This document shows positions 10,801 to 22,800 of a DNA stretch of 64,000 nucleotides, one piece after another; position 1 is the stretch's first letter; every line of letters begins with the position of its first letter. The notes under the pieces were generated by a model. The model searched no databases, had not been told where the DNA came from, and was given only the letters and a program-made list of their open reading frames with translations. The translations under genes and the position numbers were made by a program. Origin of the DNA: Eutreptiella sp. 'Long Island Sound 2002' (taxonomy: Eukaryota > Protista > Euglenida); assembly GCA_964036045.1 (NCBI GenBank), contig OZ038379.1, forward strand, positions 29,512,001 to 29,576,000. The letters run 5' to 3'.

Positions 10801-13800
10801 ACAATTCATTTGGAAAGAAGGAGGTCATAAATGTTTGGTAATGCAACAAACGGCGCTCTTCGAATGAATTAGATTGCCTGCTTGTTTGCCCACAAGAGCG
10901 CTCTTTGCCAATGGGTTGCTGGGAAAGCCAATCAGTCTGACTGGCTGTTTTGAGTGGTTGGTCTTCGTTTGTGCAGGTGTCGATATGTGAACAGCACGTG
11001 CACAGTGCCAGTTTCTAGTTTATGCGGGGACCCTGGGGTGCACAATTCCAGCACTCTATTATGCTGCATGCTCCCTGTTGCACATACATTACTTCTACAG
11101 CCCTGCAGCCCTGAATATCTGTCGCTGTGTTCTCAGGGAGCAAGCTATGGCAGGTGCACTCACGTAAGACTCACAGAGCGTTGGGGGTGCTCTTCCGCTG
11201 TCAATCTGGAGGGTTTCGCCTCTTTCTGACAGCACAGTGTGTGCACAATGAACCAGTGGGCCTGCCCCATTGGGCTGCAGTTTATCTTCATTCCAATTTT
11301 GTCCCAGCCAGCCCAATTACACCTGTCTCTACAGGCCCTCCTTGCATTTTCCCAAGAGCAACGTCCACAGTGTGGACATGTGATGAACGGCTGAGGCTTC
11401 AGAAGGCTTGGAACCGGGCAGTGAAGTCTGACCCTGCCAAGAAAAATTCTGCTGTGATGAAGGCGTTGAATGAGACCGCTGGTGTGCATCAGCTTCAAAA
11501 CGACTGCAGCGCTTATGGAGACCCGGGCATCCCTGTGGGCACAGCTCTCGCATCACGGGCCCTCGCCAACGTCCTGAAGCTGCACACCCCCCCGATGGCT
11601 GGCATTTGGTGTGGGATTGAGCCTAAAGTGTGCCCGTTCCCCATCGTCTTCAGTATTGTCTTCTGTGGAGGGTATTCAGGTGTGCATCTGCAACCATGCA
11701 TGATGCGTGAGCTGAACTGAAACTTGGTGTGCACTATTCGCAAGTGTCATGGAAATGATGTGGGTACTGTGCATACCTATTTGCATTTTTCCCACTTGCC
11801 AGGCATGCAGACCCCTGTCCCAGGGTCATGAATGTTTTTGAAAAGTTTTGCGTTGCAAGCGCTGCAAAAAGCAAGCACTAACACGGACTGCGAACAACAT
11901 GAAATGACAAGGTGCAATTCAGAAACTAAAAGTGTGTTTTGCAAGAGTATGTGATGCATGTAGTTACTGAAATATAGGACACCACCCTGGGGCAAAGTGG
12001 GTCAGTCTGAGAGCAAAGCACCACCGTTGGGCAAGGTTGGAGCCAAAAATTGTCACATTGCATTTATTGTTGACACCATTTGTGTGACACCGCCTTTGGG
12101 CCAGGTGGGTGTTGGTGTCTGTGAGAGGCACTACCATTGGGTAAGGCAGGAGCCAGTTTGAAAATTGATTGTTTTGTCCCCCACTTCCTTACAGCCAGAG
12201 TGACCATGCTGATATGGGATAGTGAGGGCAAAATGACTGCAGGCACCAAACTGCAAGAGCCGCAAGATGCGGCTCCGAGCCACAACAGCCACCAAACGCG
12301 GTTGGTAGGCGCGAATCCTAGCTAGATGAGCCACGAAACGTGGCTCCAAGCTGTGAAATGTATCTCTGAGCTGCAAGATTCGGTTCCATGCTGCGAAACG
12401 AAACTCTGAGCTGCACGAGCAGCGCGAGCCGCGAAGCAAAGCTTCCAGCCACGCCTCCAACCTGCAAGAGCCGCGAGAGCCACAGAGACACAGCCCCAAT
12501 CCGCAACACACGGCTCCGAGTTGCAAGAGCCACAAGACACGGCTGTGAGCTGCTCTGAGCCGCGAGAGACCGAACGTGATGCCAAGTCATAGGAGCCGTG
12601 AAACTGGCTCTCACGGCTCAAAGCCGCGTTTCGTGGCTCAGACCGCTTGGGATCTGCGAGATGCGCAAGAGCGGCAAAACACAGCCCCAAGCAACTCCGA
12701 GCCACGAAACACGGCCCCGAGCCACTCCCAGCCACAAAATGTGGCTCCAAGCCGCTCCAATCAGCGAACCGCACGTATGAACAGCAAAATGCCTGCCGGG
12801 AAACACGGCTCCGAGCCACGATAGCCACTAAACGAGGACGTAAGTAGGGAGACGTAGCTCCTAGCCACAACCTACTAGAGCCGTGAAACAAATCTTTGCG
12901 CCGCAATAGCAGGGCAAGCTGCAAAACACAGCTCCCACGGCTCCCATCTGTTGCGAGGCACACCTCAGAGCCGCAAGAGCCACGAAGCACGGCTTCTAGC
13001 CGCGACTCCTAAGCCGCGGAACCCTGCCTGAGAGCCTCGAGAGCCGCCCATGAAAGCACCGAAACGTGGCTCCGAGCCGCTCGTAGCCGCGAAACACGGC
13101 TGCAAGCCATGAGAGTTGCGAATCACATCTCTGAGCCACAAAGTGCCAAGCTGCAAGAGCTGCGAAACACAGCTCAGAGCCACAACAGCTGCCAAGCGTG
13201 GCCCCGAGTCGCAAGAGTCAGGATACCTGGCTCCAAACCGCGAAAAGCATCTCCTAGCCGCGACCACGGCTCCAAGTCGCGAGAGCCGCGAAAAGCGCCA
13301 CCCAGCTGCGGAACAAATTTCTGAGCTACGAGAATGGTGTGAGCCATGCAACACAGCTTCAAGCCCCTCCACCCATGAAAAGCGCCCCTAAGAGCTATGA
13401 AATGCAACTGTGAGTTGCAAAACGTGGCTGCTAGCTGCGAGAGCCACCGTGGCTGCAACCCCAGCTATGGGTATAGTAACCAAATGGGCTATCAGACTTC
13501 AGACTTCAGACTTGTATGGACCATCACCCCTAACCCCCCACCCCCACCCCAACACCCTTTCTACCCCCCCCCCCCCCGTGTCAGACTCCCCCCCCCCCCC
13601 CCATGTCCCCCCCAATATCAAACTTGTCCATTGTCACCACACCCTTGAGGTGTAGAAGTGGGTTGTGGTCTCGACCCTAGCGTCTAAAACCCAACCAGTG
13701 CTTGCAACCCCTTCAATGATGGTACGTGCCCCCCCCCCCCCCCAGGGCTTCTTTAGAATAATTAAATATCAAGGGGGAGGGGGGTCCAAAACCCCCTTCC

Positions 13801-16800
13801 TCCCTCCCACAAACCCCCTCCCCCCCCCCCCTTTCCAATTCTGCAAAAGTTCAGTTTTGTGGTTCGTGACAGTGCATACCTACTGGAGGTCCCCCCCTTC
13901 ATTGTGGGGGACCAAATCTGCTGTCTACCCCCCTCACCTTGCTCTCGACTCTTCCCACCGTTAAACAGGGTACTGGGGGCCTGAGACTGCGTCACTTCCA
14001 AAAGTTTTGTTTCTTTTTTTGTTATCTTTTCTTTCCTGTCAGTTAAATGACGCTGTCTGCAGGTCTGGTGCCAAGGTAGGCCAAGGGGTTCTTTGGCCGG
14101 GTGTGGGGGGCCGAGAGGACGCCTTGGCACCAGGGAGTCTACGAGAGAGCAAGGCAGAGGGTTAGCTTAATACTGTAATTAATGCCCCTACGAGACTCTC
14201 GGCCCTCCCCTACTGGCAACCCCTCCTGCTTCGGCTTTTAAAGGTGTTGGTGAGGGAAAAATTGAGTGTAGGACACCGAGGACAGAATCATTGGGATGCT
14301 GCACTGTCCTGCCACCCCCCCCCCATTTTGCCTGTTGTGTTGTGTTCAAAGTATGTGCTCTGTCTGCACATGTCTGCACATTTCTGCTCTATCTGCTTTG
14401 TCTGCACATGCACATGGACCTGGAGGCACAGGGTAGTGGTTCTGGTGATAGTGAAGAAGAGCTGGCTCCTATGACCTCCTGTGACAAGGAAGATGAGGGT
14501 CCCGCTATGACCTACTCCTCGAGCTCCAGCTGTAGCTCCGACTCTAGCAGTAGCTCCAGCTCTGACTCCAGCTCTGGTTCAGAGAGTGAGTAAATGAGAA
14601 TGACCAACAACATGACTTTCACATTGACCAGCATGCAGTACATTTGAACAAGATTGTTTCCGTCTCTACCGGGCCACTATTGCATACGCAGGGCTAGGGC
14701 AAGGGTTGTGCAGTGCTCCAGGAAGTTCAGAATGGTTCCATGAATTAATAGCAACCCTCCAGGAATGAATGATCTGTTTTTACAACAAAACCCCAGCACC
14801 AAAAGGAAAAAAATCTGCTGTGATACATTTTGGTGCGCAAAGACAAGGGGGGGGCTGCTCTGGCCAAACCCCCCCCCCCTCCCTCCCCCGTCGAAACCCC
14901 CACCTCCCCTCCCCCCCCCCGCTCAAAAGAAGCCCTGCCCCCCCCCCCCACCCCATCTCTCTGACTCAAACCGATCGGGGGGCTCATATGGGACTGAAGA
15001 CAAGTGGGAACAGAATCCTGATGTCTGGCCCAAGCAACCTCACCTGAGCTAATCGGGTCGCTTTTGCTGGTGGGGTGGGTGGGTGGGGGTTCATCGGGTT
15101 GGGCCGGAACTGTGGAGAGGGGGGGTAGTGGGTTTCGAGTACGGCACAGCACAGCACGGCACAACACAGCACATCACAGCACATCACAGCACACCACAGC
15201 ACAGCACAACATACAGCGTAGCACAGCATATTACAGCACAACACAGCACCCTACGGCCGCCCAAGAGAGCCTCCCTCCCTCCCTCCCTCCCTCCCTCCCC
15301 TCCCTCCCTCCCTCCCACCCTGTCATTTCCCTTCTTGTGTGGTGAGGTTAGGGAGGGTATGCCTGTTTTTCTTTTTCAGGTTTTCTTTTATAGTAGAGTG
15401 CTTTCCCGCTTGCCAGCTTACCAAGGTCCGAACCCCAAAAAAAAATAGGAGGTATGTTACTCCGTTCCTTAGTTAGTTCCGGTGGACCCCTCTGTGAATT
15501 GTTTACCCCCCTCCGTGAATTATTTGACCGCTCTGTGAATTGTTTACCCCCCTCCGTGAATTATTTACCCCCCTCCGTGAATTATTTACCCCCCTCCGTG
15601 AATTATTTACCCCCCTCCGTGAATCATTTGACCCCTCTGTGAATTGTTTACCCCCCTCCGTGAATTATGTACCCCCCTCCGTGAATTGTTTACCCCCCTC
15701 CGTGAATCATTTGACCCCTCCGTGAATTATTTTACCCCCCTCCGTGAATTATTTGACCCCTCCGTGAATTGTTTACCCCCCTCCGTGAATTATTTCACCC
15801 CTCCGTGAATTGTTTACCCCCCTCCGTGAATTATTTCACCCCTCCGTGAATTGTTTACCCCCCTCCGTGAATTATTTTACCCCTCCGTGAATTATTTACC
15901 CCCCTCCGTGAATTTTTTACCCCCCTCCGTGAATATTTGTCCACAGGGGGGGAGGGGGGCACCACCTCAGTGGAATACCTATCCAGAGGGGGGGGCATAC
16001 ACCACCTCAGTGGAACATTTTTCCACACGGGGGGGGTACACCACCTCAGTGGAATATTTATCTTGAGGGGGGGGGTACACCACCTCAGTGGAATATCTAT
16101 CCAGAGGGGGGGGCGTACACCACCTCAGTGGAACATTTTTCCACAGGGGGGGGGGCACACCACCTCAGTGGAATATTTGTCCACATGGGGGGGGGGGCAC
16201 CACCTCAATGGAATATTTATCCAAAGGGTGGGGGTACACCACCTAAGTGGAATATTTATCCAGAGGGGTGGGTACACCACCTCGGTGGAATATTTATGCA
16301 GAAGGGGGGTGCACAGCAACTCAGTGGAATATTTATCCACATCGGGGGGGGGGGGTACACCACCTCGGTGGAATATTTATCCAGAGGGGGGGGTATACCA
16401 CCTCAGTGGAATATTTATCCAGAGGGGGGGGGGGTACACCACCTCAATGGAATATTTTTCCCGGCCTCCCATTTTCCCCAATGCTCCATTTTTCCACCCT
16501 TTTTTTTCTTTGGGGGGGACTGTTCCCCTCTGTTGCATGGTCTCCCATTCTTCCCAACTTTCAATTTTCATGATGGTTTTTTTTCTGGTGGCTGTGTTGC
16601 GGGGGGGGGGAGTGGCAGACTTTTCCTTGTCCCTTTCCGAGATGAAGGAAGGAAGGGAGGGGTCGGGTACCACACTTTTATCAGACTTTTGCTGAGATGT
16701 GTTCTATTTTATGTCCTTGACACGAGATGCCAAATCAGACTGCAGACTTCAGACTTTATACACATAGCTGTGCAACCCACAAGAGCTGCCACAACTACGA

Positions 16801-19800
16801 AACATGGCTCCAAGTTGTGAGAGCTGTGAAAGGCAGCTCTGAGATGTAGTGAGCCGCCAAACAAACCCCTAGCCCCATTCCGCCTCGTTTGGGGGTTCGC
16901 AGTGGCTTGGAGCCGTGTTCTGCGGTGCATAGTGGCTTGCAGGTGCGAAACGCCATTCCGTTGTCATCTACGTAAGCTGCGAAACACATCCTCAAGCTAT
17001 GAAACACACCGAGCTGCGAGAGCTGAGAAACACGGCTCCAAGCCGCCAGAGACGCGAAACGTGCCTGCAAGTCACAAAAGCTGCGAAATGTGTTGTATGT
17101 CCCCCCTCATACCTTGGTGTAGGCTTCTCACCTAAGCTGGTGCACCGCGGGGAGGGGCACTGAAAGGGAAGATACTTACATGGGGCGCTTGGTTTTGGCT
17201 GTGATGGTTTTCAATTCTTGGTTGCTTCCCCCCGTCAACTTTTTCACTGCTCTCACGGCTCAAAGCCTCATTTTGCAGCGCATTGGGGCGGTTTGCGGCT
17301 TGCTGCTGTGTTTTGTAGCTTGGAGCGGCTTGGAGCCCTGTTTTGTGGGTGGGAGTGGCTTGGTGCCCCATTTTGCAGCTCGAAGTGGCTCGGATGTGCA
17401 TTTCTGTCTCTTGCGACTTGAAGCCGTGTTTCGCGGCTAGGAGCCACATTTCGCAACTTGGAGTAGCTCCAAGCCGAATTTTGCTGCTCCTGCGTGTCTT
17501 GTGGCTCGTAAGTACTTTGAGCTGCGAAACACCCTAACTACTCCGAGTTGCGAAATGTGGGTTTGACTTGCGTGAGCCGCGAAACATAGCTCCAAGCCGC
17601 AAGATCCGTGAAGCACGCGTTCAAGGTGCTAGCCGCGAAGCTTGACTCCAAGCCGCTGTGAGCTGCAAAATGCAGCTGAGGTTTGGCAGCTTGGAGCGGT
17701 TGCGGCCGTGTATTGCGGCATACGTGACTGGGTGCCGCCTTCTGCGTATCTGAGGGGTTCGGAGATGCTTTTCACGCCACATGAGCCACAAATCACAGCT
17801 CCACATCACCACGCAAGCCACAAGAGCCCCAAGACGCGGCTCCGAGCTACTCCAAACCGTGAAACGCTACTCCGAGCCGCAAAAACCGCGAGAGCTGCAA
17901 AACGCGACTCCAAGCCGTGAGAGCCGCCAAATGCGGCTCCTAGCCGCTCCGAGCAGCAAAACGTGGCTATGAGCCGCAAGAGACGCGAAACACGCCTCAA
18001 AGCCACAAGAGGCACAAAAATGTGGCTTCGGAGCCGCGAAACGCACCTATGGGCCGCAACATGCGACTCCGAGCTGCAATATGCAGCTCTAAGTTGCAAG
18101 ATCCAAGTTCCAAGAGCCGCGAAACACTGCGATAGCCCCCAACAGGCGCGAGAATTGCAAAATAGGGCTCCAAGCCGCTTGAAGCTGTGAATCGCGGCTC
18201 CCAGACTAAGCTGCGAAACGTATCTCTGATTTTCAAATGCGGCTTCGAGCCAAAAGAGCTGTGAAATACAGCTCCGAGTCGTGAAAGCCGCGAGAAGTAG
18301 TCCGGCCGGGGAAACACAACTCCAAGCCAGCAAAGCCGCAAAACGCGGCTCAAGGGCAGGATAGCCGCGGAACACAAATCCGACCTGCGAGAGCCGCAAG
18401 TGAGGGGAAACACAGCTTTGAGTCACAAGAGCCGCAAAACGTGGCAACCACCCGCTCCAAGCCATGCAATCGGGGTTGCATTTTGCGACTCAGAGCCGCT
18501 TCTTGCAGTCGAAGCTGCGTTTTGCAGCTGTTGCGTCTTGGAGCGGCTTGTAGCCGCCGTTTGGGGTTTTCAGGGGCTCCAACCTGCACCCCTGAGCTTG
18601 GAGCAGCTTGCACCTTCGACACCCGTGAAAGCCGCGGAACGCGGCTCCAAGCCACTAACTCCGGCTACGAGTCGGGAGGACTGCAAAATGTGGCTCCTAG
18701 CCATGAAATGCGGCGTCAGAGTAGCAAAATGTGGCTGTGAGCCTTTCCGAGCCCGGAAGCGTAGCTTCAAGTAGCGAAATGCGGCACTAACGTTCGATAG
18801 CTGCCAAGTGTGTTCCGCAGCTCTTGCAGCTCGCAGCCTTGTTTTGCGGCTTGGAGCCGCATTTCGCGACTCTTATGACTTGGAGCCAAATTTTGTGGCT
18901 CTTGCAGCTTGGAGCCATGTTTTGTTGCTGTCGCGGCTTGGAGCCATGATCACACAACAAAATGCACATTCTCAAATGCACCATGTTTTGTTGCCATCGC
19001 AGCTCACACCCACTTTTCGTGGCTTGGAGTGGCTAGGGCGGTTTTTTTGGCACTTGAGGCTTAGAGCCGTGTTTTGCGACCTTTGCACCTCTTGTGGCTC
19101 GGAGCAGCTTTTCGCGGTTTAGAGCCGCTCGGAGCTGCGTCTCGCGGCTCGCACAGCTCGTAGTGGCCCGGAGCCGTGTTTCACAGCTCTCGTGGCCGGG
19201 GACAGCGGTTTGCGGCCCCACGGCTTTATGCCACCTTTTACAGCTTAAACACTCGTTTTGCGGTAAAGAGCCGCATTTTGCGGCTCGGAGCTGCTTGCGG
19301 CAGCATTTCGCTCTTGACCCTAGTGGCTCCAGGCCGCGAAAGGCAGCTCCAAACGAGCAAGCCGTGAAACGTAGCGTTGAGCTGCGAGGAACCGCGGAAC
19401 GGGGCTCAAAGCCGCTTTGAGCCGCAAAATGGGGCTCCAGCCCAGCTCCGTGCAGCCCGGAAATGCTCTTGGAGGCTCTTGCGGCTTGGAGCTTGGCCAC
19501 TAAGAGCAGTGCAAGCCGCCAGATACGGTTCCAGACTACTCCCAGGCAACCTAAGGCGCGGAATGTGGCTGCGAGACACGAGAGCCACAAAGCGCGGCTC
19601 CGAGCGGCTAGAGCCACAAAAAGTGCCTTTGGGCAACTTCCACGGCAATGTGCAGCCAATCCCAAGCAAATGGATCCCAAAGGGCCTCAAGTCCGTGCCC
19701 GTTTTGACATTGAGCACCGAACCAAGTGGGCACGCGGGTTTCTTGCGCCGTTTGTTGTCCAAGCATGGCATTGTTAGCCTATGCACCTGCCATATTCTTG

Positions 19801-22800
19801 TGCAATGTGTTGGATCCAAGTCTGCCCACCACGAGATTGATGACCGTTGGTGTTCCCAAACGCTCAAATTGCCACAGTGGTTTTCGGAGAATGGGAGGCA
19901 CAACTGCTTAGGGAATTGCTAAGTGGAGATTGCCACCCCCCCGCCAATTGCAGCATGGGACACATAACAACTGAAACCTCATAACAAACGTATTGCCCAA
20001 TTTAGTAAGGCCACAAGGGGCTGCACAACCATCTTGCACCTATATCAACAAAAAGAGGTGCACCAGGTACCAAAAGCATGGTGTGGTACTCACACTTCAT
20101 ATTTGACTTGGAAACCACCTATATCCGAGTCAAAAATGAGCTCACGAACATACCCCCCCCGCCCTTGCGCAAGCACCAAGAAAGTCAGAAAAACGACGGT
20201 CAGACCGGGTCCCAGTGCTTGGACAAAGCGGTGCTTGCGCGCGACGTGCGGTACTAGCGAAGCCAGGAGTAACGACATCAGTCATGGCTGAAACTCACAT
20301 CAAAACAAACAGTAGTGGGTTGCAGTAGTAAGCATAATGTTGTTATGAGCAGGAGGACTCATCTCAAACATGACACAGCCCCTATTTCCCTCGACAATCG
20401 GCACACAATCACGTTCTGTTAAGTTCTGTTAAGTTTCTGACCATAAAAACTGTGGCCAGAAAAACGATGGTCAGACCAGGTCCGGTGCTTAGACAAGGCG
20501 GTGCTTCCGCAAGAGGGGGGGGGGGGGGTATGTGTGTTGGAGTTGCTGGACACATCCAATGACAACACAACGTCCCATTCCTCCATGCACATGAATGCAT
20601 CCAACGGTTCAATTTTGTGTTTGCTCAGGTGTGCAGACACAAACACACAAAATAATGTTTTCCGATATGCCTCTATGGTAGGAGGATTCCCCCATCAAAG
20701 ACATAGTTCCCAAAAGAGCTTTGCCATTAGATTCAACTATGCGCTTCCACTAGACATCAAGTTAGGGTTAGGGTGACTGAACTGATGGACCAGTTATAAT
20801 CCTCCTTAGCGTGTACGGGGAGCTACCCCTTTCAGCAAGCACCATGAGCAACAGCAGCAAGTAGCAAGCAACCGCAATCCCGGGAGAAATGGGGAAAGAA
20901 GTCAAAAATCCGTGGTGGTGGCTCAGATTTGGCCGAAACTAAAGTGGATGATAGTCATGGGGATGAATCACAATCACAAATAGTTTGGGCAACAAATCCA
21001 ATGGTGGCGGCCAAGAATGGGCGTTGCAAGTAGTGGCAACTCTCAAAATCTGTCAAAAATGACAAAAAATGCCATTTTTGGGCGAATAGGGGAGTCTAGG
21101 ATGTTTGTGGAGGGAGGCATTTGCATTGAAACTAACCTAGATGATGAACAAATAAGACCAGGGAACACTATCTAGTAGCAAGTGGGCTCAATGACCCCCT
21201 TTGGTGGTCAAAAATGGCCAAAATCAGCCTTGACGGTCACCTTCTATGCTCAATTTTTCAAATATCACCTTCCTCCAGTGTGTTTGACTGCCATGGAATG
21301 CCTTTGGCAACCTTGTTGTGATAAATCATTGTGAATGGGAACACTTGGAAGCTATTTCAAGAATGCCAACACCCTTCAATGCCCCATTGGGAAGTGCTAA
21401 GGCAGGGGTAGCGTAGGCCAAATTTGAGCCAGAAAATGGCCCACAATGATTTTTCCCAAAATAAAAAAAAATGTTGCTAGATCACTTTAGTGCATAACCA
21501 ATTGGTTTTGCCTCTGCCCCCCCCCCCCCCCCAAGTCTGGTTGTGTTGTCACAAAAACACACACAATGATCGGCACCAAATACAAACGGCACTGTCTGTG
21601 GTCGGCCTTGCCCCCCAAAACTTACCAAACAACATATAGATTGATTTTGTTTGGTTGGAAATGTGCATAATGAAGCCACAATGATTGCTACACTCCGCCT
21701 TTGATGCCTCTTGGCACCAAATACAAACAGCACTGTCCATGGTTGACCTTGCCCGGAACCGTGTCTTGCGTCTCTCGTGGCTCAATGCCATTTTTCACGG
21801 CTTCAAGCCGCGTTTAGCTAGTGGGAGCGGCATTTTGCCGCTCTCTTAGTTGTCGGGACTTGGGGCTGCATGGCGCGGATCCCCGCCCCGAAATGCGGCT
21901 CCGAGCCACACGGGCCGCTAAAACTCTCGCGCTGCACAGCCGCATTTCGCAGTTGAGAGGTGCACCTCGAAACAGTTGCGGCTTGGAGCGCGGTTTGGTG
22001 GGTGTCGTCACAGCAGCAAGAACCACGAAACGCCGCTCTGAGCCACAAAAGGTGGATTTGAGTTGTAGGAGCCCCAAAATGTAGCTGCAGGTCACGAGAG
22101 TCGCATAATGTGACTCCAGGTCGCTTAGAGCCACGTAAGCGGCGAAACATGGCTGCCCGAAGCGGCTCTGTTTGTGATTAGAAAAGTCAATAACAACATC
22201 TAAACCTCTTCAGCAAAGCACACAACAGGAACACCAAAAGCACATCACATTTAAATCGCTAAGCTATTGGATGCTTTGGGTACACTCCATTGACTCCTAT
22301 TTGCACCACCAAGGTCCTCTTGGACCCATGAGTAAATCAAAATTGCACCTTGGTCATGCATGCAAAGTACGGGCTAACAAAGAAGAAGACGGGGACATGC
22401 AATTTTGTCATTACGAATGAAAGACGCCACTCTCTTTGCCCCCCTCCAAGGAAGCGCTAAATATGGCAATGCACAACAACGGAGGAGAAAGTACTTTCAT
22501 GCAAAGAAAGAGTGAACAACTGACAAGAAACGGCCCTCCAATCTTAAAGGGGTCAACAAGAAGAGGTGCGCTCAAAAAAATTGAAGAGGGAATGTCAACA
22601 AATAGGCAAGGGAACAATTGGATGTTGCATGTGGTTTGGCACAAACCATGGGAACACTTGTCCTATGCTCTTGGCCGTTGGAAGCACCTCCTTCGGTATA
22701 CAAACCATCCAACGAGCACCGTAGCACCTAAGACCAACAGTCCCTATGACCTTATTGGCTGTATCCAACACAATCCTTTTTACACCCCCCCCCTTTTTTC

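Noticed and set aside
7986-11334. Further exons (e.g. about 8040-8285, 8337-8380, 9711-9870) between wHTH4 and the SRA exon
   Set aside because: Some coding-like sequence and possible splice sites exist, but no motif or unique phase solution supports a call; cDNA is needed.
15936-16460. CRISPR-like look of the 40-bp repeat array
   Set aside because: Units abut with no unique spacers, vary only in G-run length, lie in a eukaryotic intron, and have no cas genes nearby.
12131-22150. Many 60-220 aa ORFs on both strands in the GAGCC satellite and minisatellites
   Set aside because: Stop-poor repeat sequence with no domain motifs and no consistent frame.
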